Origin: an uncultured Ruminococcus sp.
Lineage (GTDB): Bacteria > Bacillota > Clostridia > Oscillospirales > CAG-382
Direction: 5' to 3'
Assembly (NCBI GenBank): GCA_964530795.1
Contig: CAZHBX010000002.1
Location: 28,719-92,718, forward strand
DNA length: 64,000 nt
In this document: piece by piece, positions 33,286 to 41,558 of the stretch
How positions within the stretch are numbered: the stretch's first letter is position 1
How the letters are laid out: each line of letters opens with the position of its first letter
Position numbers and translations under genes: made by a program
Notes under the pieces: generated by a model
Told to the model about the DNA's origin: nothing
Seen by the model: only the letters and a program-made list of their open reading frames with translations
Databases searched by the model: none

Positions 33286-34514
33286 TGGGAAACCTTCTTG
33301 AGGACTAGGCAGGTGTTGTGTCCACCGAAGCCGAGCGAAGTGGACAGCGCCGTGTCAATCGGGGTGTGAAGTGCCGTATTTGGGGTGTAATCGAGGTCGA
33401 GTTCCGGGTCGGGGGAGGTCAGGTGAATGGTCGGCGGGACGAGATTCTCCCGCAGCGCGAACACGCAGGCGAGCAGCTCCGCCGTGCCGGCGGCGGCGAG
33501 CATGTGGCCGGTCATGGATTTGGTGGAGCTGATGTGCAGCTTCTGCGCGTCCTCACCGAAATAGGACTTGAAGGCAAGGGTCTCGACCTTGTCGTTGAGC
33601 TTCGTGCCGGTGCCGTGGGCATTGACGTAGGTGCGCTCCGGGTCGTAATCGACGCCGTTCATTGCCATGGCGATGGCCCGGATGGTCTGCTTGGCCTCGG
33701 GATCGGGCGCGGTGACATGGTGCGCATCGCAAGTCGCACCATAGCCGCAGATCTCCGCGTAGATCTTCGCCCCGCGGGCGACGGCGTGCTCATACTCCTC
33801 GAGCACGACCATCGCGGCGCCTTCGCCGAGTACGAATCCGCCGCGGCGGCTGTCAAACGGCAGGGACGCCGCTTCCGGGTCCTGCGACTGGGAGAGCGCC
33901 ATACAGTTGACGAACCCCGCGATGGCGAGCGGATTGACGGCCGCTTCGCTGCCGCCGCAGATGACGGCGGTCAGGTATCCGTCGCGGATGGCGCGGAACG
34001 CCTCGCCGACGGAAGTCGAACCGGTCGCGCAGGCGGTCGAAAGGTTCATGGCCGGGCCGTGCGCCTGGAACCGGATGGCGATCTGCCCGGCGGCAATGTT
34101 GATAATCATCTTTGGAACGAAATGCGGACTGACCATCTTCGGACCGCCAGCGAGCAGTTTTTTGTGCTCTTCGCAGATGGTATCAAGCCCGCCTACGCCG
34201 GAGCCGGCGTAGACGCCAAGCTCGTCCCGGTCGATTTTGTCGAGGATACCACTGTCGTCGACCGCCTCCTGCGCCGCGCACACTGCATATTGCACGTACA
34301 GATCCGTCTTCCGGCGGGTCATCAGGTCGAAGCAGGCGGACGGGTCGAAGTCCTTGACCTCGGCCGCCACCTTGCACTTGAAATCGGTCGTATCGAACCG
34401 GGTCAGCAGAGCGATGCCGTTCTTACCAGTCCGAAGTCCTTCAAAATACGCGGGGACGCTGTTCCCGATGGGCGTTACCGCTCCCATTCCTGTAATGACT
34501 ACGCGTTTTGGCAT
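33282..34514 (-). CDS. fabF: beta-ketoacyl-ACP synthase II
   Basis: 410 aa. RVVITGMGAVTPIG is present. The active-site Cys is in STACATG, the His residues are in HVTAP / NAHGTGT, and the C-terminus has GFGGHN. Confidence 0.95.
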   Translation of the reverse strand: MPKRVVITGMGAVTPIGNSVPAYFEGLRTGKNGIALLTRFDTTDFKCKVAAEVKDFDPSACFDLMTRRKTDLYVQYAVCAAQEAVDDSGILDKIDRDELGVYAGSGVGGLDTICEEHKKLLAGGPKMVSPHFVPKMIINIAAGQIAIRFQAHGPAMNLSTACATGSTSVGEAFRAIRDGYLTAVICGGSEAAVNPLAIAGFVNCMALSQSQDPEAASLPFDSRRGGFVLGEGAAMVVLEEYEHAVARGAKIYAEICGYGATCDAHHVTAPDPEAKQTIRAIAMAMNGVDYDPERTYVNAHGTGTKLNDKVETLAFKSYFGEDAQKLHISSTKSMTGHMLAAAGTAELLACVFALRENLVPPTIHLTSPDPELDLDYTPNTALHTPIDTALSTSLGFGGHNTCLVLKKVSQ

Positions 34515-34552
34515 GAAAAATTCCTGTCCTTTCTGTTCGGGTGCGCCTTCCC

Positions 34553-35287
34553 TTACATGGCGAGCCCGCCGTCAATGCGAATGGTTTCGCCGGTAATGTA
34601 ATCCGCGTCCGGGGACGCGAGGAAGGTGACCAGCTTTGCGACCTCGGCTGGCTTGGCAAATCGCTTGAGCGGGATGCTGTCCAACAGAGAAGTATTCGCG
34701 GCGAGGTTCGTCGTCATATCGGTTTCCACAAAACCGGGTGCAATCGCGTTGCAGGTGATCCCGCGGGGCGCGAGCTCCCGGGCAAGGGACTTCGTCAACC
34801 CGATCAGTCCCGCTTTCGCGGCGGAATAGTTGCACTGTCCCGCGTTCCCGACCAGCCCGGAAACCGAGGAAATATTGATGATTTTTCCGCTGCGCTTCTT
34901 AACCATAACCGGGACGGCCTGCTTTGTGCAGTAGAACGCCCCTCGCAGGTTGACTGAAAGCACCCGGTCGAAGTCCTCCTCCTTCATCAGCATCGCCAGC
35001 TTGTCGCGGGTAATCCCGGCGTTGTTGACGAGGATGTCCACCGTCCCGAAGGACGCAAGGAGAGTTTTGAAAGTCTCCCGCACGGCGGCAGCATCCGAAA
35101 CGTCGCACGGATACGCTTCCGCGCGGACGCCGAGGTCTTTGAGCAGAGTAAGCGTCTCCCCGGCGGCCTGCGTGTTGCCTGCGTACAGGAAGGCGATGTC
35201 CGCCCCGCGGCGCGCAAGCTCGAGACAGATCTCCCGCCCGATCCCGCGGGATCCGCCAGTGACGACAGCGACTTTGCCCTCAAACAT
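34553..35287 (-). CDS. fabG: 3-oxoacyl-ACP reductase FabG
   Basis: 244 aa from MFEGKVAVVTGGSRGIG (ATG 35287). The SDR catalytic YSAAK motif is present. It overlaps the fabD stop by 8 nt. Confidence 0.9.
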   Translation of the reverse strand: MFEGKVAVVTGGSRGIGREICLELARRGADIAFLYAGNTQAAGETLTLLKDLGVRAEAYPCDVSDAAAVRETFKTLLASFGTVDILVNNAGITRDKLAMLMKEEDFDRVLSVNLRGAFYCTKQAVPVMVKKRSGKIINISSVSGLVGNAGQCNYSAAKAGLIGLTKSLARELAPRGITCNAIAPGFVETDMTTNLAANTSLLDSIPLKRFAKPAEVAKLVTFLASPDADYITGETIRIDGGLAM

Positions 35288-36200
35288 GGCTGCCCACCTC
35301 GTCGGCGACTTTCGCGCAGTCCTCCGCCGTTTCGGCGGTATAGACCTTCGCTTCCGGCAGAATGCGGGTGACGAGCTTCGCGAGCACATTTCCCACGCCG
35401 GTTTCGACGAACGTGTCGAATCCGTCCGCCGCCATGCGCAGAATGGTTTGCTCCCAGCGGACCGGGTGGTTCATTTGTTGCCCGAGCGTGTCGGCGACCG
35501 GTCCCGCGTAAGGGGAAGCGGTGTAGTTAGCGTATACCGGCAGGCGAGGGGGTTCGAAGGACGCCTTTCGCAGCACGTCCGCAAACTGTTTGGCCGCATG
35601 GTCCATAAACGGCGAGTGAAACCCGCCCGCCACCTTTAGCGGAAGGGTCCGTCCGCCCGCCTGCCTGACGCGCTCGGAGAACGCCGCGAGCTGGACTTCC
35701 TCCCCCGCGACGGACAGGTTGCCGGCGGAATTATAGTTGACCGGATAGACCTCGCTGAATTCCGCGCAGAGACGCTCTACCGTCTCGTTGTCCAATTTGA
35801 TGACCGCGACCATGGAACTTTTGCGCTCCCGCGTGGCTTGCCCCATCAGCTCGCCCCGCCGGACGGTCAGCGAAAAGCCCTCCGCCGGATCGATCGCGCC
35901 GGCGAACGCCAGCGCAGGCAGCTCGCCGAGAGAAAAGCCCGCCAAACCCGCCGGACGGACCCCTGCTTCTGCGAGAACGGCGGCGGGGGCGAAGTCGGCG
36001 AGGTACAGACAGGGCTGCGTGTTTTCGGTTGCACGGAGGGTTTCCGCGTCACCCTCAAACATTTGGAGGAGCGTGCCGTTCCGAAGCTGTTCCGCGCGGT
36101 CAAACAGGGCGCGCACGGAGGCGTTTTGCTCATACAAATCCTTTGCCATGCCGGGGTGCTGCGCGCCCTGGCCGGAGAAGAGGAATGCAATTTTGGCCAT
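35280..36200 (-). CDS. fabD: malonyl CoA-ACP transacylase FabD
   Basis: 306 aa from MAKIAFLFSGQGAQHPGM. The active-site motif GFSLGE is present. Confidence 0.9.
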   Translation of the reverse strand: MAKIAFLFSGQGAQHPGMAKDLYEQNASVRALFDRAEQLRNGTLLQMFEGDAETLRATENTQPCLYLADFAPAAVLAEAGVRPAGLAGFSLGELPALAFAGAIDPAEGFSLTVRRGELMGQATRERKSSMVAVIKLDNETVERLCAEFSEVYPVNYNSAGNLSVAGEEVQLAAFSERVRQAGGRTLPLKVAGGFHSPFMDHAAKQFADVLRKASFEPPRLPVYANYTASPYAGPVADTLGQQMNHPVRWEQTILRMAADGFDTFVETGVGNVLAKLVTRILPEAKVYTAETAEDCAKVADEVGSHV

Positions 36201-36205
36201 GGAAG

Positions 36206-37150
36206 TTAGTCCTTTCCGCGAAAGCCGGTCAGAAGGGCCTCGCACTGTTCACAGACCTCGCGCAGGATGTCCGCCGCGGGCTGTTCCTTCCGGACAAGCC
36301 CGGCGATCTGGCCCGCGAGGAAGCTGCCGTTCTTCGTGTCGCCCTCCACGGCGGCGAGACGCAACGCGCCGGCCCCGAGGTTTGCGACATCCTCCGCCGT
36401 GGTTTCCGGCCGGTATTCCACTTGCAGAAAATGGCGGCTAAAGGGGTTTTTCAGACAGCGGCAAGTGTTCCCGCCGAATCGTCTGCCGGTTGTGGTCGTG
36501 GAAACGTCCGTGGCGCGGAGCACCATATCCTTGTAGTTTTGATGTACGCCGCACTCTGTAGCGACAAGAAAGCGGGTGCCCATCTGGACCCCGCAGGCGC
36601 CGAGCATGAATGCGGCGGCCATTCCACGCCCGTCGGCGATCCCGCCGGCGGCGAGTACCGGAATCTTGACCGCGTCGCACACCTGCGGCACCAGCGCCAT
36701 GGTCGTCAGTTCGCCGATGTGTCCACCGGACTCCTGCCCTTCCGCGATTACCGCGTCAGCGCCGGACCTCTCCGCCATGACGGCGGACGCGACCGAGGCG
36801 ACGACGGGAAGCACGACGATCCCCGCCGCTTTCCAAGCGGGGAGAAACTTTGCCGGGGAGCCGGCGCCGGTCGTGACGACGGGAACCTTCTCATCGATTA
36901 CCACCTGCGCGACTTCCTCCGCGTGCGGACTCATCAGCATGATGTTCACGCCGAACGGATGGGATGTCAACGAGCGAGCGAGACGGATCTGCTCCCTGAG
37001 GTAGTCCGCCCCGGCGTTCATCGCCGAAATGATGCCCAATCCACCGCCTTCGGAAACCGCGGCGGCGAGTTTTCCGTCCGAAATCCACGCCATCCCGCCC
37101 TGTAGGACGGGATAACGAATATGCAGCAACTTGCAGAGCGGGGAATTCAT
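36206..37150 (-). CDS. fabK: enoyl-ACP reductase II (FabK, FMN-dependent nitronate-monooxygenase fold)
   Basis: 314 aa. LLHIRYPVLQGGMAWISDGKLAAAVSEGGGLG matches FabK, and its position in the fab operon fits. Confidence 0.85.
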   Translation of the reverse strand: MNSPLCKLLHIRYPVLQGGMAWISDGKLAAAVSEGGGLGIISAMNAGADYLREQIRLARSLTSHPFGVNIMLMSPHAEEVAQVVIDEKVPVVTTGAGSPAKFLPAWKAAGIVVLPVVASVASAVMAERSGADAVIAEGQESGGHIGELTTMALVPQVCDAVKIPVLAAGGIADGRGMAAAFMLGACGVQMGTRFLVATECGVHQNYKDMVLRATDVSTTTTGRRFGGNTCRCLKNPFSRHFLQVEYRPETTAEDVANLGAGALRLAAVEGDTKNGSFLAGQIAGLVRKEQPAADILREVCEQCEALLTGFRGKD

Positions 37151-37386
37151 TAGGACTCCTTCTTTTGCAGATCTTCGATTTTTTCAACCAGAGCGCCGAC
37201 CGTCTTGATGGACGGGTCCGCTTCGATAGATACGCCGAATTCCGTTTCAACGGTCATCAGCATTTCCGCAAAATCCAGCGAGTCCAGACCGAGTGTGGAA
37301 AATTCGGATTCCGCCGTAATCTCCTCCGCCGGGACGCCCAGCTTTTCCGCAAGCATTTCCTGCACTTTTTCGAGTACCATGATCAT
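37150..37386 (-). CDS. acpP: acyl carrier protein
   Basis: LGLDSLDFAEMLMTVETEFG contains the phosphopantetheine Ser. The second ATG (37380) has better RBS spacing (GGAGA-6 nt-ATG). Confidence 0.9.
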   Translation of the reverse strand: MIMVLEKVQEMLAEKLGVPAEEITAESEFSTLGLDSLDFAEMLMTVETEFGVSIEADPSIKTVGALVEKIEDLQKKES

Positions 37387-37401
37387 TCTCCTTTAAAGTT
37401 G

Positions 37402-37445
37402 TTGTTATATACTTTTGTTGTTATATACTTTTTGTTATATACTTT
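37402..37445. repeat. three direct copies of TTGTTATATACTTT (37402-15, 37418-31, 37432-45)
   Basis: Read directly from the sequence. The repeats fill the 48-nt marR-acpP spacer, and copy 3 includes the marR stop codon. Confidence 0.8.
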
Positions 37446-37938
37446 CTTTTTTTTGCTTCAGTTCTGCGCGGGTCAGCCGATTGTACTCCTCGAACCGTGC
37501 GCAGAGTTTTTCGAGGGTGCTGTACATGATTTCCAGCTCCTCGTCGGTAATCTCTTCCCGCAGGAAGACCTGCGCTTCCTGGACATGCTGCTTGACGATA
37601 CCGCCGACGCGCCGCCCGTCCTCTGTCAGGATCAGCTTGCTGCCGTACCGGCGCTTGCCCGCCGCGAGCTGCGGACAGGTAATCAGTCGCTTGAGACTCA
37701 GCGAGCGCAGGCTGCGCGAAATCAGGGAGCGGTCAAGCATGCACACGCGGGAGAGCTGCTCCGCGGAAAGTCCGTCCGGGTTGTCATAGAACAGGTACAT
37801 GACCAGTACTTCCCCATTTTTGAGGTTGAGAGGTCTCGCCCGGAGGGATTTGGCCCGCTCGAGATTCTTTTGCAAGGCCGTTAGCGCATTGGAGAGGCGA
37901 AGAAAGCTGCTGATGACAACGCCTTCCCTTTCGATCAC
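37435..37938 (-). CDS. MarR-family transcriptional regulator (FabT-like by position)
   Basis: 167 aa with a GTG start and RBS GGAAGGAGG. It has a winged-HTH (LSAEQLSRVCMLDRSLISRSLRSL) and is the first gene of the fab operon. Confidence 0.75.
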   Translation of the reverse strand: MIEREGVVISSFLRLSNALTALQKNLERAKSLRARPLNLKNGEVLVMYLFYDNPDGLSAEQLSRVCMLDRSLISRSLRSLSLKRLITCPQLAAGKRRYGSKLILTEDGRRVGGIVKQHVQEAQVFLREEITDEELEIMYSTLEKLCARFEEYNRLTRAELKQKKESI

Positions 37939-37985
37939 GACAGTCCTCCTTCCAGGTGCGCTTCTGCGCTGTTTTTCGTCGAATA

Positions 37986-37997
37986 TTGACTAGTCAA
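37986..37997. promoter_or_regulatory. perfect 12-bp palindrome TTGACTAGTCAA between the marR promoter and its RBS (candidate FabT-type operator)
   Basis: Read directly from the sequence. On the minus strand the context is AAAGTTGACTAGTCAATATT. Confidence 0.5.
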
Positions 37998-38013
37998 CTT
38001 TCCTTTCCGGCAT

Positions 38014-38042
38014 AGTATAACACAGAAAATTGGATTTGTCAA
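38014..38042 (-). promoter_or_regulatory. sigma-A type promoter of the marR-fab operon
   Basis: On the minus strand: TTGACA, 17 nt, TATACT. Confidence 0.6.
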
Positions 38043-38126
38043 TATCTTTTGCGGAAGTTTTTGGGAAAAATGAAGAACGGCTCCGCATGGGCATACGGGG
38101 CCGTCAGCCTGTCGATAGTTGTTTGT

Positions 38127-39296
38127 TTATTCTCCGAGGTACGCTTCTACGCCCCGACGCAGGCGGTCCAGACCGTCGAGCAGCGTGCTTCGCGGGCAGG
38201 CAATGTTCATGCGCAGGAAACGGGCACCGTTGCCACCGTACTGTGCACCAGCGGAGAGGTAAAGCCCGGTTCGTTCCCGCAGGAAGCGCGCGAGCGCCGT
38301 CGTATCCCCCGGGAGTTCGCCGCAGTCCAGCCAGAGCAGATAGGTTGCCCGCGAGGAAAGCAGCCCGATTTGAGGGAGTTCCTTTGCGAGGAAGTCCGCA
38401 ACGGTGCGCTTGTTTTCGAAGAGGTATTGCCGCAGGTCGTCCAGCCAGTCTCCGCCCTGTGTGAAGGCGGCGACCGTCGCGTCGATAGCGAAAGCGTTCG
38501 GTTCGGCAACCTCGTCCGTATTCAGCGCGCGGTCCACGCGGTGCCGCAGCGCCGGGTTCGGCACGACCACCGCGGCCGTTTGCAGTCCCGCAAGATTAAA
38601 CGCCTTCGTCGGTGAAAGGCAGGTGATACTAATCTCCCGGCACACGTCCGAAACCGACGCAAACGGCACGTAGAAGCATCCCGGGTCGGTCAGGTCGCAA
38701 TGGATCTCGTCGGATAGCACCGTGACGTGGTTTGCCTTGCACAGTTCGCCGATGCGGAAAAGCGTCTCGCGGCTCCACAGCCGCCCAACCGGGTTGTGTG
38801 GGTTGCAGAGCAGGAGCAGGGTCGCCTGCGGGTCGGCGAGCGCCGTTTCGAGGGCGAAAAAGTCGATTTCGTACGTTTGTCCGTCATACACCAGCGGGCA
38901 TTCCAGCACCCGCCGTCCGTTGTTCTCGATGGAATGAAAGAAAATATTGTAGACCGGGGTCATTACGATCACTTTTTCCGCCGGGGTTGTCAGCTTGCGA
39001 ACGATCGTGGAGATCGCGGGTACCACGCCGGTGCAGAAGATCAGCCACTCCCGTTCGATTTCAAAGCCGTGGCGGGTTCTCCACCACGTCCGGTACGCGT
39101 CGTACCACGCGTCCGTAACCGTCGCGTACCCGAATATCCCGTGCTGCGCACGGCGCTGAATTGCCTCGCATACCGTGGGAGCCGTGCGGAAGTCCATGTC
39201 CGCCACCCACATGGGCAGTTCGTCCGGGGCGACCCCCCACTTCAGCGAGTTGGTGTGTCGCCGGTCGACCGGCAGGTCGAAGCGCTCGTCGGTCAT
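38127..39296 (-). CDS. PLP-dependent C-S lyase (MalY/PatB cystathionine beta-lyase family)
   Basis: 389 aa. RRHTNSLKW....DELPMWVADMDF is the family N-terminal signature, within a class I/II aminotransferase fold. Confidence 0.85.
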   Translation of the reverse strand: MTDERFDLPVDRRHTNSLKWGVAPDELPMWVADMDFRTAPTVCEAIQRRAQHGIFGYATVTDAWYDAYRTWWRTRHGFEIEREWLIFCTGVVPAISTIVRKLTTPAEKVIVMTPVYNIFFHSIENNGRRVLECPLVYDGQTYEIDFFALETALADPQATLLLLCNPHNPVGRLWSRETLFRIGELCKANHVTVLSDEIHCDLTDPGCFYVPFASVSDVCREISITCLSPTKAFNLAGLQTAAVVVPNPALRHRVDRALNTDEVAEPNAFAIDATVAAFTQGGDWLDDLRQYLFENKRTVADFLAKELPQIGLLSSRATYLLWLDCGELPGDTTALARFLRERTGLYLSAGAQYGGNGARFLRMNIACPRSTLLDGLDRLRRGVEAYLGE

Positions 39297-40156
39297 GCCG
39301 GGTTCCTCTTTTTCACGGCGTCGCCGGTGAGGATGACAGTCTTTGATGGGTCGATGCGCTGCGGATCCATCGTCAGTTCTCCGATCTCGTCCGCCCGGAT
39401 GATACCGCCGGACGGGTTGAACACGCTTTCGACTCGCCCCATGATCTCCGCGTCGGTCGTGGTGTATTCAAAGGAAAGGGTGGTGTTGAGCAGTCTGCAG
39501 TTTTTCAGGGTAAGGTTTTCAATGTAGCAGAGCCCCTGGAGACTTTCAATGGTGCAGTTGACAAAGGTCAGGTTTTTCGAATTCCAGCCGAGGTATTCGC
39601 CGGAGAGGAAACTGTCGTAGATCGTGACGTTCTGGGTATTCCAGAAAGCGTCCTTGGAAAGCATCTTCGCATGGTGCACTTCGATGTCACTCGCGCCGTC
39701 GAACGCGTAGTTACCATAGAGCGTGAAATCCCGGATTTGCAGTCTGCGGCTGTTCATGCCGAAGTAGTCGCCCTTCGCCGTGACCCGGTCGAGCGAAACA
39801 TCCTCGCAGGTCCAGAGCGTCTCCGCCGCTTGCGAAAACGAAACGTTCTTTAGGGTCACTCCATGGCACCGTCGGAAATTCTTCGGGGCGTCGAGTACGC
39901 AGTCCTCGAGTGTGATGTTGTCCGTGTACCATACGCCAGAGCGGGCCATTTCCAACCATGTGCAGTCCTTCGCGTAAATATCCTTCGCGTACCAGAGCGG
40001 GTACTTCCATTGAAACATGGAGTTGAACAGCCGGATGTTCCGACTTTCTTTCAGCGGCGACTCCCCGTCGGTAAAGATGGTGTCATGCAGCTCGAGATCG
40101 CTCCCGTGGAACAGCGGACGCTCGCCGACATAAACCTGTTGCCTGATTACTTCCAT
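39293..40156 (-). CDS. DUF3737 family protein (beta-helix repeats)
   Basis: 287 aa from MEVIRQQVYVGERPLFHGSDLEL (ATG 40156). GESPLKESRNI..FQWKYPLWY matches DUF3737 as I recall it. It overlaps the downstream lyase gene by 4 nt. Confidence 0.7.
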   Translation of the reverse strand: MEVIRQQVYVGERPLFHGSDLELHDTIFTDGESPLKESRNIRLFNSMFQWKYPLWYAKDIYAKDCTWLEMARSGVWYTDNITLEDCVLDAPKNFRRCHGVTLKNVSFSQAAETLWTCEDVSLDRVTAKGDYFGMNSRRLQIRDFTLYGNYAFDGASDIEVHHAKMLSKDAFWNTQNVTIYDSFLSGEYLGWNSKNLTFVNCTIESLQGLCYIENLTLKNCRLLNTTLSFEYTTTDAEIMGRVESVFNPSGGIIRADEIGELTMDPQRIDPSKTVILTGDAVKKRNPA

Positions 40157-40278
40157 CGTGGTCTCTCTTTTCGTTTCATATTCGTTTCTCTTGACAGGAC
40201 ACCCCTTGCGGGACGGATTGTCAAAAAGGCGGGGGCTGTCTTGCGACAGCCCATGGGTTTTAGGAGTCTGATGCGTTC

Positions 40279-41499
40279 TCAGAAGCCCAGCGTCTCGTCT
40301 GGCTCGGTGGGAGAGACAAAGTCCGGCTGGTAGGAGAAGCTCCAACTGCTTACAAAGGTCCATTCGGTGTCCTTTTTGACGAGGGTCGGCGTGCCGAGCC
40401 CGAAGGAGGAGAAGTAAAGCTTGTTGGAGCCGGGGTTCATGTCCCAAAGCTTGACGTAATCGGTCGAGCGGTAGAATTGGTCATCGGGGTTGTAAATCTG
40501 CATGGTCATGTGGTAGGCCGGGTTTTGCTCGCCCCACATCTCGACCTTGCGGGCTTGACTGCCGTTGTTGAAGTTATTGCCGTAGTTGCTCGTGCCGACC
40601 AGCGGGGTCCGGACCAGCTTTTCCGTGCCGTCGGGGTTGTAGAACTTCGTCCAGTTGCCGTACTGCTTCATGATCGGCATCATGCAGGTGTAGGACATCT
40701 GGAAGTAGACGTTCTTGGTCATGTACAGCTTGGATTCGACGAACACGTCCTCGCCGTTAAACAGGTAGAGCTTCTCGACGTTAATCATCACGTTTTCCTG
40801 CGTGTATTCGCCGTCGTAAATGTTGTTGTGGATAACCACGCGAAGTCCGTTGGTGTTCAACGGTTCGCCGTCCTTCGGCTCGATCTTGTCGCCGGTTTCC
40901 CCGTCGTAAAAGGTCATGTCAATGAAGTGGTCATTGGTTTTCGTGGTGTCCTCGGCGGTCCAGTCGGCCGCGGTGTAGTCGCCGTGGTTGCCGCCGCGGA
41001 AGGTGCCGCTAGTTTGTGACGTCGGGCCGCAGCGCAGGACCCATTCAAAGTCAGTCGAGGCGTCAATGATCTGCGCCATGGTGCCGGACGCGTCCGTGTG
41101 CCGGATGGCACCGAGCATATACATGCCCCAGCGCTTCTCAACTAACTGTGTCATGTACGAGCCGCCCTCGGGGTAGTCGTAGTAGATCGAATAGACCCCG
41201 TTGGCCGCGTTATACACGATGCGCATCGGCTTGTAATCGATTCCGTCAGTTTCTCCGAGATTTTCGGCGAACGTGTCGGTGTATTTTTCGTTGTAGTTTT
41301 CCGGAATTTCGTAATCCATATAGGCGGCCTCCCTCGGCGGTTCGCTGCTTTTTTCGCTGCTGCCTTCCTCGCTGCTCGTCTCTTCGCTGCCGACCTCCGT
41401 GCTGCTTTCCGCGGGCAGATCATGCCCAGCGCAGGCGCAAAGCAGGATCGCCGCAAGCAGGCAGAGCAGGGCGGTGCAAAGGATGTACTTCACGTTCAT
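40279..41499 (-). CDS. lipoprotein of unknown function
   Basis: 406 aa. The signal/lipobox is LLAAILLCACAG, followed by a Ser/Glu-rich linker. I recognise no motif. A hairpin GGGCTGTC-gcaa-GACAGCCC plus a T-run follows the stop codon. Confidence 0.6.
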   Translation of the reverse strand: MNVKYILCTALLCLLAAILLCACAGHDLPAESSTEVGSEETSSEEGSSEKSSEPPREAAYMDYEIPENYNEKYTDTFAENLGETDGIDYKPMRIVYNAANGVYSIYYDYPEGGSYMTQLVEKRWGMYMLGAIRHTDASGTMAQIIDASTDFEWVLRCGPTSQTSGTFRGGNHGDYTAADWTAEDTTKTNDHFIDMTFYDGETGDKIEPKDGEPLNTNGLRVVIHNNIYDGEYTQENVMINVEKLYLFNGEDVFVESKLYMTKNVYFQMSYTCMMPIMKQYGNWTKFYNPDGTEKLVRTPLVGTSNYGNNFNNGSQARKVEMWGEQNPAYHMTMQIYNPDDQFYRSTDYVKLWDMNPGSNKLYFSSFGLGTPTLVKKDTEWTFVSSWSFSYQPDFVSPTEPDETLGF

Positions 41500-41558
41500 T
41501 TATGACCATTCCTTTCTTTTTCGGTTGCCCGGATAAATTGTATATGAGGCAATCTTTT

